64,000 nt of DNA from Laetmonice hystrix (Eukaryota): assembly GCA_965235115.1 (NCBI GenBank), contig OZ249436.1:32738001-32802000 (forward strand), given 5' to 3'. Positions 1 to 13,363 of this stretch are shown here, piece by piece; position 1 is the first letter of the stretch, and every line of letters begins with the position of its first letter. The notes below the pieces were generated by a model. The model did no database searches and was not told the DNA's origin. It saw only the letters and a list, made by a program, of their open reading frames with translations. Made by a program: the position numbers and the translations under genes.

Positions 1-2540
1 TCACACCCTGTCATTAACTAGTTGATTGCCATGCATAGCTCAAATCATGCAGGTAAGCTACCAGTAAGTTAGCAGGAAATATGATACAAAAACTGTTACC
101 ACGGTATATCTTTTAAAGCAGTAGTACAAACCGCTTATTGAACTTGTTGACTACAAGGGCGACACCCTGATATATGCAAAGGGATGTCGTTGTTTATGGT
201 AACTGGTTCGTACACTCCTTGAAAACCTTGAAAAGTGCTTGAATTTTGACATTTCCCAATCTCTCGGAAGTCCCAAGCAGTGTGACCTTCAGTGAGACCT
301 AGTACCCGACGAGGTGGCTCGCCCAAAATGGACCACCTAATCTGGACCCCGAAATGAAATTGTCAAGGGACCAGCCCAGTTGGGTCTGATAGTCCAGCCC
401 CTGGAGTATGTGGTCCAGCCGTCCACTAGTCCCAATCTCTCGGAAGTCCCGAGCAGGGCAGCCTACAGTGATACCTATTACTGCACAAGGTCTGCGATTG
501 AATCTGCAACCAGTAAGCAGTAGCTAACTTCACACTGCTAACAATATCACTAAAAACCGAGTGAAGGCAAAGAAGATATTGGCAATTAGGCATTGAAAAG
601 AATAAATAAAACGGTAATTTAAACATAAATATAAACAGATTTTGGTGAGTGTGGCTCGTTAATAAACAATGTAAAGTAAAAAGTAGAGAAGAAGTGCCAC
701 TGATTATTGGAAAATGAATGTGTTTTAGAGGAATGTTTTTTGTACAGTTATTAAAGATCATGTACAATTTTTAATTTAACATGCCAACAGGCAATCATGC
801 AATGGTTTTTGTGTAAGTGTGTGGTCGTATGTTCGTGATGCTGAATAGAGAAGTTTCCTTAAACAATTCAACCATCAGCCTACCTTTCTTGATATTTTTG
901 AAAACTTATGTAAAATGTGTCAAAAAATGAAGCTTGTGCTCTGTGCTTTTCAGGCCCCATCGCCAATTGGCCAATCACAGTGGCTTTTCCCATGTCCCAT
1001 TAAGTTTTAAATTAGTGAATTTAAATTAGCGATTTATCATCAATATTTTTGAAAGTTTATTCCAGGGTTGTCAGTGAATTCCCACACGGGTACGATTTAG
1101 TAGATTCAAGAGGGATGACGGGGCACCTTTCCTTCTCTCAGACATTCCCTATCGTATTTCAGATCATGAGGAGTTTCATGTCTGCTATCGGCCTAGGGAC
1201 ATGGAAGTGTCTGCTATCAAGTGTCGGCTATCTGTCTTTTACTCACACACACCTGAGTCAGTGTCTGTGCTAGGACGACCTTATGTAATGATACCAGTAT
1301 TTCCAGGGTCTGTGAAGTGTCTGACGGTGTAAAAGCAGATAAACCTTCACCATAACAGAGTGCGTTGGGGTGACACTAAAAGTAGCAAAAGCGCTGACCA
1401 TTGACAAATCATGAATACGTACGGAGCAGACAAATTAGAAATGACAACTTAAATCGTAATATTGGGACGTTTGCGCTTTGAAACGTGACCAGACTTCATA
1501 GGCCGACTTACTGAGGGCTGATGGATAGTATATAGATCGACTTCAGCCACCGTGAAGAACAAGCTGTCTGTAATAATTAGGCTACGGTTTGCCAGAGCCA
1601 GCTTTTAATGTCCCACAACAGGGCACTGACTCGTTTCTGTCATTTGAACCATGAAACTAAATACATGTGTGGTAGCCCGTGCATGGGGACTTATTACAAA
1701 TATGGACACATGGTTTGGGAGTCGGCACGCTTGAAGGATATACCAAAAGGACCTTCGAACTGTCTTAGTCGCGGCCATTTTAGGTACACAGTACACAATG
1801 TACTTGTTAATATAAAAAGTTATCTTGATTTATTTCATACCAGTGGCATGATCTTTTTACAGAGCACTATTGCAGTGAATTCTGAAACCATCAAAGTGGA
1901 TAATAACACGCTTTGATAATAACATCTTTGGCTTTGTAGCTTTTTACTTATTTATTTTTAATGGAATTTATGTCACATGAACATCGCTAAAAGTTTTTTT
2001 AATGTGTCGTAGACCTATTGTGCCGCACCTACCGGTAATGGGTGTAAAACTGGTTCCCTTTGGCGCTCGTGTTATGCATGGAAGCATTTACGCTCCCAAA
2101 TAGTCTGGCGTAGAGGTCAGCATGAAGGGAGAATACCTTGTCCGACTAAAAATGAATAGAAATGAGTAATCTAGTAACAGTGACGTGGAGAGTTAGTAAG
2201 ATTCTCTGTGGTTCCTTTCTGTTTCAGTTGCTATACAAGCATTCCTACACAGAGATTTCATCTTGTGGACGAACCACAGATTTCGTGGAAACGTTCGCGT
2301 ATATAGCAGGGTAAGCGTCTCCCTGGTTTTCAGTATACGCGAATAGAGACATTTTAAGATGTAATTCATGTAATTACATGTATATGCTAATTCAGGTCCC
2401 CCTTCTACCACTTGAGTAATGGTAATTTATGTTCTACATTTGTGTATACATTCGGGTCTGTTGTATTTCTTTGGTACATTGTGTATTGGATGAAATTCAA
2501 GCCAGGGATGTAAAATAATTTCATTATTGTGACATTACAG

Positions 2541-2607
2541 GGAAACAACATGCACCTTGGCCAAGAACTTCGTCGCATATGTCTTCAAGGCTGGCAGTCA
2601 AGAAGAG
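2541..2607 (+). CDS. TBC1D1: Internal coding exon, C-terminal part of a PTB domain; likely TBC1D1/TBC1D4 (AS160/pollux)-type Rab-GAP
   Basis: Acceptor ttacAG (ends 2540) and donor GTAGGT (2608). One leftover base plus 22 open codons give (R)ETTCTLAKNFVAYVFKAGSQEE. VAYVFKAGSQEE resembles the recalled first PTB domain of TBC1D1 (ICYVFKADDQTK), ending at a phase-0 junction. Assignment rests on one short exon and on recall, not a search. Confidence 0.6.
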
Positions 2608-4299
2608 GTAGGTGACGCAATAAATCTTATTACCATGAATAATTAATCACTTTAAAACAGCAGTCAAGATGAGATTATTGCCTGTTACAAATTACGTATG
2701 GTTGTGGCCAAGAAAAGGTTCTCGCCATGGGCCATCTAGTGTCTCCTCGTGGGGTAGAATCTTCTGTCCAGTGCTCCTGGCTGGGTTAATAAAGACTGCG
2801 TAGGTAGGTTTTCTGAGAAGTCCTCTCAATTTAGAAAAATATTGAACATTTGAATCGCATGCCACATCACAGTCTCACTCCCATCTAATCTTTACCATAG
2901 CCCCAGATGACGTCATCAGGGGAATTGGTCTTCAAAACAGCTTACACACAGTTCATGTTCTTGTACAATAACCGCTCCTTTAAGTTAAACGACAACAAAT
3001 TACATGTATCATCAAGATCTGGCTCCAAATTTCATGTTAATTTTGATGTCTGTTGGACTTTAAGATTATCCTAATCATCATCGTCACAAATGGACTGAAT
3101 AATTTGAAATATAAATGTTCCAGCCCTGATAATGGCTAATAGTTACCGGTTGGGCGGGAAATCATCCCCTGAAATCATCGTTGGTGAGGTTAAAGAGGCA
3201 TTGACTGGATGTCCCCGCCCATAATCTGTTACAACATGTGCCAGGACCATTAGTTGAAAATGATTTCTACCAAATCGTGTAAGGCACTACAATTTGGGGA
3301 TAGCCCTAAAGCTGTCGTGTACGGGCAAATTACTTGGCTCACACAACAATGCCGTTTCTTCGCAGTGTTCATTTGCATTTGATATAACTTAAGTCTGATC
3401 GTGTGAAATTTTAAGAATTTTGATTTTTCTTGAGTAATTCTATCCATGACACATAAACCCAATTAGCCTGCATTGCTTCAGGGCGTCGGCAGTGTTAACG
3501 TGGGGCACATCTGTTTCAAGCTGGACGGAATGAATTACTTATTAGGTAGGGGCACTTTGTTAAGAGTAGATGGCCACTTGTGGCTGAAGTCATTAGTAAG
3601 CGTAATGGGTGTGTCGTTAAGTAAAGAAATTAAGGTCTCATCCAGTAAATACTTACTTACGAGTCTGCGGGGAGAACAGCGACAGGGAAGTGGCGGTTTC
3701 ATCTTTGGAATATCGTCGATTATAAGTCAGAAAACATACAATTTGAAAGATTAAAGAATTACACATGCTGCTCTTTGACGTCAGCTGAGGCCTGCCGGTG
3801 ATAAAGAAAAAGGTCTTGTTTGTTGTATATGGAATGTTATTGAATGGAGTGCAGAGGGAAGGGAAGGAACCATGTTGACAGGAATATCAATCAGAAGCAG
3901 AAACAGAATATTGAAGGGAAATGGGCCACCTGTTTTCTTTCTTTCTTTTCTTTTTTGTATGTACTTCAGACATACTCTGGAACATTTCCCTTGTGGAAGA
4001 CAGAAAATGAAATTCATTACAACTGACAGTTTGTGTATTGAATCATCTTCCATCCCTGAAGGAATGGAAATGCAGTCTTATTCATTAGATGTAGTATCAG
4101 GTTTTGATTGAAAACGTCACATACTCGTTCACTAACAATGTGATGTAGCTCTGGAGCTCGTCCCCAATGTGCTCATCACATGTAAAGCATATGTCTGAAA
4201 CTGTACCTCTGATAGGAACCTTTTTCCATTGTATCAGGAAAAATATTATCCTAATCAAACCTGTAAATTTGACGTGACTGTTTCTGACTGCTGCCAGAA

Positions 4300-5775
4300 C
4301 ACCTTATGGTGCCTGGGCATGAAGGTATCGCCTTATGGTGCCTGGGTATGGAGGTATCACCTGATGGTGCCTGGGCACGGAGGGTATCGCCTTATGGTGC
4401 CTGGGCACAGAGGTTATCGCCTTATGGTGCCTGGGCACGGAGGTATCACCTTATGGTGCCTGGGTATGGAGGTATCACCTTATGGTGCCTGGGTATGGAG
4501 GTATCGCCTTATGGTGCCTGGGTATGGAGGTATCACCTTATGGTGCCTGGGCACAGAGGTTATCGCCTTATGGTGCCTGGGTATGGAGGTATCGCCTTAT
4601 GGTGCCTGGGTATGGAGGTATCGCCTTATGGTGCCTGGGTATGGAGGTATCACCTTATGGTGCCTGGGCACAGAGGTTATCGCCTTATGGTGCCTGGGCA
4701 CGGAGGTATCACCTTATGGTGCCTGGGTATGGAGGTATCACCTCATGGTGCCTGGGCATGAAGGTATCGCCTTATGGTGCCTGGGCATGAAGGTATCGCC
4801 TTATGGTGCCTGGGTATTCAGGTATCACCTCATGGTGCCTGGGCACGGAGGTATCGCCTTATGGTGCCTGGACACGGAGGTATCACCTTATGGTGCCTGG
4901 GTATGGAGGTATCACCTTATGGTGCCTGAGCACGGAGGTATCACCTTATGGTGCCTGGGCACGGAGGTATCACCTTATGGTGCCTGGGCACGGAGGTATC
5001 GCGTTATGGGGCCTGGGCACGGAGGTATCACCTTATGGTGCCTGGGTATGGAGGTGTCACCTTATGGTGCCTGGGCACGGAGGTTATCGCCTTATGCTAT
5101 GGTGCCTGGGCACGGAGGTATCACCTTATGGTGCCTGGGCACGGAGGTATCACCTTATGGTGCCTGGGCACGGAGGTTACCACCTTATGGTGCCTGAGCA
5201 CGGAGGTTATCGCCTTATGGTGCCTGGGCACGGAGGTATCACCTCATGGTGCCTGGGCACGGAGGTATCACCTTATGGTGCCTGGGCACAGAGGTTATCG
5301 CCTTATGGTGCCTGGGCACGGAGGTATCACCTTATGGTACCTGGGCATGAAGGTATCGCCTTATGGTGCCTGGGCACGGAGGTATCGCGTTATGGTGCCT
5401 GGGCACGGAGGTATCACCTTATGGTGCCTGGGTATGGAGGTGTCACCTTATGGTGCCTGGGCACGGAGGTTATCGCCTTATGGTGCCTGGGCACGGAGGT
5501 TATCGCCTTATGGTGCCTGGGCACGGAGGTATCGCCTTATGGTGCCTGGGCACGGAGGTATCGCGTTATGGGGCCTGGGCACGGAGGTATCACCTTATGG
5601 TGCCTGGGTATGGAGGTGTCACCTTATGGTGCCTGGGCACGGAGGTTATCGCCTTATGCTATGGTGCCTGGGCACGGAGGTATCACCTTATGGTGCCTGG
5701 GCACGGAGGTATCACCTTATGGTGCCTGGGCACGGAGGTTACCACCTTATGGTGCCTGGGCACGGGGGTATCGCC
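4300..5775. repeat. Minisatellite, 29-bp unit (30-bp variants), ~50 copies
   Basis: Consensus CACCTTATGGTGCCTGGGCACGGAGGTAT repeated head-to-tail with variants (GTAT/GCAC, TCAC/TCGC, GGTTAT). Confidence 0.98.
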
Positions 5776-8642
5776 CTTTGACCTTTCACTAGTTTCAGGT
5801 TGCTTTCAGTAATGTAATAGGGAGAAAATGAAAGTCCTTGATAAAGAAAAGGCCGTGCGCCGAAAATGATCTTTATGGATGCTGACTCGGCCAACAAAAC
5901 TTGGAATATAGTCTTACACCAAATGTATACCAGAAATACCGTGTTGAAGATGGATATGGTCAGCTATGAAGAGTTTTGGTGTAAAGGGCTTATTCCAAGC
6001 AGACACGTGCATTTTCTTTAAAGAAAATGTTAGTAATATTTGTGTCGTTTAGTCGTAATATCCTGTTATCCTATATCTTTTTGGAAATTTCTCCGAAAAA
6101 GTTGGACGTGTTTTTTATCAAACACTGCCAGAATGTCGCAGTGGCATAAAGGAAATAAACCAGTTTTATCCTTCGTAAAACTCCCCGGATTTCTAAGATG
6201 ATTGACACCCATGTCTCACAACGTCTCACCAACAATTTCTCAGCTTCAGATTGGGTTCCCATCATATCAGACCTAGACGCTGCATGAGAAAGGTTGCTAT
6301 CAGACACGAAACAAGGGCCTTGAGATTTTATCATGCTTATACCGAGCAGAGAATGTGATTGACTGAGTTATCAACTGCCTTCACCGGAAGAAAGAAGCAA
6401 GAAACCTAAAGTTACGATGACAGGTCGGAGCTGTCACTATAACCTCGCAAGAAAAGGGGGCAAAAGGTCGTCTGTTCTCACCAACCTTATCTGTGTTAAA
6501 GGGTTTCTGTCACCCTGGTTGAGCGTTTCGGGAAGCCAGTTCGGCCTGGTTTCACGCTTACCTCATCAAAACCTATGCACCTTCTGTCCCGAGGATACTT
6601 CCTAGGTTTAATATACGTATGTATTGTAAACAGACAGCAGCGAAATGCAGTGTCATCTTCACATTCCACATTTCTTTTCGGGAACACTCAAAAACAACTC
6701 TGCTTTCTGCCATCGGGAATGTCTGACCTGCAGACATAGCGTTGAAACGGGTGAGATAATCACGTGATTGTGGCTATAGTCTCGCATTCTGTGAAAAGGG
6801 TGTAAAGTCGCCCAGCTAAAACTCTATCGCCTAGGTGGGCTACAGGTCTAGAAAAAGATGTGCGTCCCAAATATGCTGTTTTTTAAATATTTTTTTAAAA
6901 AATAGTCACGTAATCCAATCAGGCAAGTAGGCGGTGCTATGGAACATAATTGCCAGATTATAAACAAGCAGTTTTTTCGCCAATTTGTAAAATGTATATG
7001 AAATAATTGAGATAAACCCTTTAAGTCGACTTGTGTGGGAGCAAAAGACTAAAGTCATCTGATGAAACTCTGTCTTGGAATCCCTCGGGCTGTTCTTTCT
7101 CTAACAACTCTACTTAGATCAGATGGCTCCTCGTCGTCAAAGTTCACAAGTTGTCATCTTGAAAACTTTCAAGTTAGTTTAGAGAGTTTGCATCAGCTGT
7201 AAGTTTACAGTTAGTATGAAAACAACGTGCTGGAGGTCATATTTTGACGGACTAGATTTGGATAGACGGAATGTTCCCATAAAGAGAGGAATCCTGTTCG
7301 ATGTACGATACGTTTTTCCATACATACGGATTTCTTTTCTTTAGTGGTTTTTATTTCATTGCTATAATAATATATCTTTTAGTATTACTTTTCCTATTGC
7401 TAGAAGTCGGAGTCATCAGTTAACCAGTAGAAATGGTGTCTCCCCCAGGAGCTGGCCGTTTGTTTCCCGGAAAACGGGTGGAGTTTATCAGTAAACGTAG
7501 ATAGACCCCACAGAAGACACGGTAGGCACGTGTCCCCGAGAACAGCGAGTAGTACTGGTGTAGTAGTGACAGAGATATATTTGGGAAGATAGAGGGAGCA
7601 GAGAGATGGTCGCACACAACCATTTATCATAATAATATACTCGGACGGAAAGGGTCCCGTTGTGCGGCACGATATGACAGAAAGTGTTCTGGAATTGATA
7701 GCAGCATGGAGGTGGCGAACGGGGTGGAGGTCGGATTGGTGGATGGGGAGAGAGGAGAATGGATAATGATGACTTATAAATACTCTCTTCACCTCCCTCC
7801 ACATCTGTAGACAAACTGCACCCCCTCCCCCCGCCCCCGCCCCCCCCCCCCGATCTAGTGCCTGAGACAACTGCTGGAAGGGTGTTTTAACAGCAAGCTG
7901 ACAAGCTGAGTGCTGACAGTGGCCAAAAAGTCGCCAAAGAAACGTCGCGTTGGGATATGTCAGCAGGATTTTTGTTGTTGTTGATAGATATGTCTTCCCT
8001 GATATCCCTGAGCTCCATGAAGCGGATAAGCAGTAAGAGCTTTGCTTTCTGTTAGTCTCGACACCACAGTTAAAAGGTCAGCCTCGTTATTTGGGCATCT
8101 ATGTTTCCTCCTCCCTGTTATAGTGACTTTTCTTTTGATATACTCACTAGGCAATAATTTATTAACAGTAATATGGCACCTCGGGGTCGCCCACGTTATA
8201 AACAGACGGAGGCATGCCTTAGCGTTAATGTCAGCCCGAATTACCCAATTATTTGTCAACATCTGAGATTTTGTTTTACCAAGGTTTGAACACATACAAT
8301 CCCAGAATCCCAGTCCGGTGCCGGTCTCACGTGTTGAGTCGTGTACTTTAGTAAAAGAAACCTACCAATCGAGATTAGACTATACTGACATATAAAGTCA
8401 TTCACCGTGACACTGGCCCTGCGCCGGGGTACTGGTCGGTTATTTTGTTCATGCCTTATCTAAAGTGATGAGAGATGTACACAACTTAGATACCAGAAGG
8501 GTTCTGAAGTGTCACTTGTAGGAAGACAATATATTAAAAACTTTTACAGTTCTTTTGACGAGGCGAATACTAGCCTCAAAGCCGACCAGTGTCATAATGC
8601 GCCCTAGCCGCTAAGAGGATCAGACACCCCAGTTACAGTGGG

Positions 8643-9395
8643 CACCTTAGTAGGGAAACCTCTCTCAACCCACCTCAGTAGGGAAACCTCTCTCAACCCA
8701 CCTCAGTAGGGAAACCTCTATCAACCCACCTCAGTGGGGAAACACCTCTCAACCCACCTCAGTGGGGAAACACCTCTCAACCCACCTCAGTGGGGAAACA
8801 CCTCTCAACCCACCTCAGTAGGGAAACCTCTATCAACCCACCTCAGTGGGGAAACACCTCTCAACCCACCTCAGTAGGGAAACACCTCTCAACCCACCTC
8901 AGTGGGGAAACACCTCTCAACCCACCTCAGTAGGGAAACACCTCTCAACCCACCTCAGTGGGGAACACCTCATAACCCACCTCAGTGGGGAAACACCTCT
9001 CAACCCACCTCAGTAGGGAAACACCTCTCAACCCACCTCAGTGGGGAAACACCTCTCAACCCACCTCAGTAGGGAAACCTCTCTCAACCCAGCTCAGTAG
9101 GGAAACCTCTCTCAACCCACCTCAGTAGGGAAACACCTCTCAACCCACCTCAGTGGGGAAACACCTCTCAACCCACCTCAGTAGGGAAACCTCTCAACCC
9201 ACCTCAGTAGGGAAACACCTCTCAACCCACCTCAGTAGGGAAACCTCTCTCGACCCACCTCAGTAGGGAAACACCTCTTAACCCACCTCAGTGGGGAAAC
9301 ACCTCTCAACCCACCTCAGTAGGGAAACCTTTCTCAACCCACCTCAGTGGGGAAACACCTCTCAACCCGCCTCAGTAGGGAAACCTCTTTCAACC
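8643..9395. repeat. Minisatellite, 28-bp unit, ~27 copies
   Basis: Consensus CACCTCAGT(A/G)GGGAAAC(A/C)(C/T)CTCTCAACC in tandem. Confidence 0.97.
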
Positions 9396-10249
9396 GGTTC
9401 AACTGTGTATCTAATTTGTTGATCGGTCTACATGGTTTGTAGGCCTATTTATTTAACTCCCCCCTCCCCCCAAACAAAACATAAAACAAATACACCCTTG
9501 CTCATGCTATGAACCCATTTCCGGCAGAACTTTGATCTTCAGATGGGCTCCTTGTAGTGGCTGAGGCACGTGCTGTAGCAGGCATGGTCCCACACGACCT
9601 TAAACCAGGGCCTCTATGTCTGTGCGGTTGTTTTCCTTGTTACGACGTGTGGATTCAGATTTACCCGTCAGGCGGTCGTGCTCGTATCTCTCAACTTGAC
9701 CATCCGTCCATTTATCACTGGTAAACGTGTCGATCGAGGCAGACCTGCACTCTTGTGTCTGAGGACAGTGTCTCAGCCGTGAAGGGACCAGTTTGAGCAC
9801 TATTTCACAGTAAGGTCAGGAGGCCTTTAAGGATGGAGTAATGTACTCCATCATAATATTAAAAGGCCTGTATTAGCCGCAAAAGTACTTCAGGCATGTT
9901 TCATATAAACCTGCGCTATGAGCACAGAAGTATAATTTAAACGAGAGATTACCACATTTGTAATCTTAGCTCACATTGCAATTTTTCCAAAAACTTGAGT
10001 TCTTTTCGTCTCGTAACCGGATAGATACGAATTCTTTCTTTATAGCTGAGATCATTTAAGTATTAATAGTTTAGTCGCAGTCGTGCCGTTTACTCCATGT
10101 ATTGCGTTACAAAGAAAGTAAGAAAATATTACCCTTTTTATTAAGGTTTATGCAGGTGAACTTTGCGTGGAGGATAGACACCATGAAGAGTTTCAATATG
10201 ATCAACGTACCCGGCTACATGTGTAAACTTGTTTTTTGTCAGATGGCTG

Positions 10250-11130
10250 TGATTATTTCTTTTTCTTGTTGGTCTCTATTGACGGATGGTTTCTGAAAGA
10301 CGGTATCTTGGATGTTGGACTGTGTTATTGATCTCCGAAAGGTTGTCTTAAGTAAAGTGTGGAGTGCACTTGTGCTGTTTGGGGAATGGATGCTGCTGTG
10401 AATCCGTCAAACATTTAACACCATCTGAGATTTACACAGATGGCACTTCTGCCATCACCCCCTTGTAGCATCTGAGGTCTGTGCGCGCTACCTGAGCACG
10501 TTCTCGGAAGCTTCCTGCCACTGCCCAAATATTTTTCCTGTATTGATCTTAGCAAACAATTGGGAGCACTGTCAACAGTGCATACGTTAAAGGTGCAGTT
10601 CGTCCAGACTAAAAGCAGGGGTGTTTTAAAAATTGATCTGAATGAAACCTTCATGTCCTCAATGCAGCTTGAAACCAGGAAATCTGATACTTTGGGAAGT
10701 CATCCTGCTGTTGATGTTAAGTAGAGCTGTAGAGTCTACGGGAAGTCGCGAAGAAAGACAGTGTTTCTTTGGAGATTGTAATTCCACCGCTTAAGGTATA
10801 CAAGTGTCTCCATCTACCGGTGTATTCGGCGTAGACAGGTATGTCAAAGCATAAATGTTCCCCTGGTTTTACAGTAATAAGATTCCTGAACAAGCATGGC
10901 CCACAAAATGTGAAACGGGCAAGAACAAGCAGTCGAGTAGTCATGGCGTGAAGAAAAGAATTCAGCATCAGGAGCGGTCAATATTGGTCGTGTTGATGCT
11001 GGTCATACTGAGAGATTGCCTTCACGGTAAACAGAAACCTTCGGGTTCTTGTTACACCGGATTCTTCAGATGGTGCCAAATACAGCCGCGTTCACACCAA
11101 ACCCGCTCTCCCTGGCGGTTCACACCATGG
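10250..11130 (-). pseudogene. Possible decayed MULE/SWIM-type transposase C-terminus
   Basis: Minus-strand fragments joined across frameshifts read GCIWHHLKN, TACSCPFH, then LFRNLITVK..EHLCFDIPVYAE..RWRHLY, then LPKVSDFLVSSCIEDMK..W. The order resembles MULE CxxH, SWIM CxC...CxH, the RW motif and the following helix of ZSWIM1/3-like transposases. Multiple stops and frameshifts; boundaries approximate. Confidence 0.35.
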
Positions 11131-12877
11131 TAGCTGTGAAACAGTCGCTTTATATGTTGTTTCATGGAACAGTCCACAAGAGAAGCTCAACATTTTGGCG
11201 TCGACCGTTCCATGAAACAGCTTGCTGGGCAATTGCTTAAGTGGCTATAGCACGGTGCCGTTTTGATATGAATGTGCGGCAAAGCTCTCAGGATTGGGAA
11301 GCTATGCTGGATAGTTTTCGCAGGTTCAATCTTTATGGCTCCCTATTGGAGTAAAGCAATTAACAGTCATGGCTTCAGATGTGTGATTCACGCCGTCAAG
11401 ACTAAAGCAATTAACCTCAGTGGCTGTTGTACTTATTACACAGAACGGAAACCAGTATTGCTCCAGTTTTTGGCTTCCCATCACCCTAACACAATCGTCA
11501 TGATGGCTTAATGGGAATTCAGTAACTAATGGTTACCCTGTACTTATCAAGAAATGAAGCTGATTTTAACCTTCGATGGTCTTGCTACTGAGAGACCTGC
11601 AATATTTTATGAAAACACTGATGAGCAGTCATACCGAATCGCAGGGAAAATCTATCGCGGGGCAGGGAAAACACAGGGAATTTGAAAACCAACTTTGTGG
11701 GGTCACCCTGATTGAATCGGTGAGCTTGGTCATTTGTGGAAGTTTTCTGGCCTCAGTCCAAACTGTTAGAAACCAGCGCGGTGGATTGGCTCGCTCTTGT
11801 TGCTTGCCTCTCACTTATCTGCCATACGTCTAGGATATCTGGACGCATGTTGACTCAGTCTATGTTATTTTACAGACATAACGTAGTCTGCTGACCATTC
11901 TGTAACTGTCCCGAGCTCTCCTGGAGCTCCAATACTATTAGTTAGCGTGAGTAGGCGAGCACTTAACGTCTGGCGCATGTGCTAAAACACTGCTTGATAG
12001 GCAGGCGCATTTCTGTCTTTTACTACACAGGAAAGCTTTAGAAAAAGAGGGTTGACCTTGGTAACCAGAGGAGGACCTAAAGATTTCTCCTGCTTAAAGC
12101 TACCGAAACAGTGTAAATCATACAGAGTAGCGTTGACAGAATACCGGTCAATGAATCTGGTTTGAATTTTCCTATTGTTTTCATTAATGCCCCAGTGTTT
12201 TGTCAGAATTGTTTTATGATGTATTGGCTAGAAGGTTGGCAGTTCATCCAGTACGTCTGCCGTACTAATAATTCCTCTCACGATTGTTCTCGTTTGACTT
12301 CTTAAAGGAACTGATATATCCATCAACGGACTGGTAACGACCAACGTCTCAATACATGTTTATCGGCCTTGTCTAGCAGATGCCGCAAACCTGAAAAAAA
12401 TATGAATGTTAAATTAAAAAGCCAAAAAAACATTTTTTTTTAAATAAGAAGCAAACAATGCGAGCACAGAAAGCATTTTCTATAGCAGCCATTAGAAGAG
12501 GAAAGGTAGAGTTATTCATCCGTTGTGTTTGTGAGTTGATGGATGTAATCTTTTACATTCTTTTAAATATAAGACTTTTAATGCAAAAGTTCTCAATTTC
12601 TCACAAAAAGAGCCGTGTGATTTCTGGTAACCGTGCTTTGTGTATGAGAAAATCTGTTGTCAGAAGTTCGATTGAGGTTGGACGGAGGTTGAATACCATG
12701 GGTTAGAACAAGGGCAGTAATGGAATAGCGATGTAGGCATATGACATGTTTTATTATAAGTACCATACGGTGTCAGAAGGCCCTCACGGCACTTAATTAA
12801 CGGACCCTCTGCCCGCGCAGTCACAAATATTGAAATTGTTCCCGGTTACTCTTATTTATAAATCATCTGCGATTTTA

Positions 12878-13265
12878 TACTGACCAAAAATATAAACACA
12901 AGACTTTCTTATTGTGAGAAATATGGCCACATGTTCATAAACTCACTGTAATTTCATTTAGTCTTGACTTATTGTATGACCATATAATTGCAATAAATTT
13001 TAATCACTGATTGGTACAAACAAGAATTTCAATGCGGCATAGATGATAAAGGGGATGGGGTCTGTTGTCAAAATTTCACAAATTACTATCGAGTATGTCC
13101 GCCGTTTGCCTGCTGGACTGCTGCACATCTCCGCCGTATAGACCGTACCAAATTGTCAATGGTGACATGGGGGACGTTTTACCACTCCTCTTCAACAGCT
13201 GCATGGAGTTGGCGGATATTGGCCGGAGGTGGACCCCGATAACGAGCTCCTCGTCACACGTGGTC
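12878..13265 (-). mobile_element. Tc1/mariner remnant: transposase C-terminus plus one terminal inverted repeat
   Basis: Minus strand ~13235-13086 translates PPPANIRQLHAAVEEEW*NVPHVTIDNLVRSIRRRCAAVQQANGGHTR*, the typical Tc1 transposase end (EEW...IDNL..SM.RRC.AV..A.GG.T.Y). The end at 12876 reads TA|TACTGACCAAAAATATAAACAC, a Tc1-type terminus next to a TA target. Confidence 0.85.
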
Positions 13266-13270
13266 GTCGC

Positions 13271-13363
13271 CCAGGGCCAGTTGCATGACTGTCCGTTCGT
13301 TAATTTCCCCATGTATTTTCAATGGGAATTTTAACGAACGGACAGTCATGCAACTGGCCCTGG
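13271..13363. mobile_element. Palindromic ~90-bp MITE (PIF/Harbinger-like, CWG flanks), copy 1
   Basis: CCAGGGCCAGTTGCATGACTGTCCGTTCGTTAA ... TTAACGAACGGACAGTCATGCAACTGGCCCTGG: perfect ~33-bp inverted arms; abuts the truncated Tc1 remnant. Confidence 0.85.

Noticed and set aside
253..450. 21-bp direct repeat TCCCAATCTCTCGGAAGTCCC at ~253 and ~430
   Set aside because: Could be a TSD or a local duplication, but the enclosed sequence has no recognisable element features.
4229..5812. Long overlapping ORFs (up to 329 aa) with repeating MVPGHGGITLWCLGTEVSPYGAWARRYHL
   Set aside because: Artefact of a nearly stop-free 29-bp unit read through all three frames; 30-bp variants shift frame freely, which argues against coding constraint.
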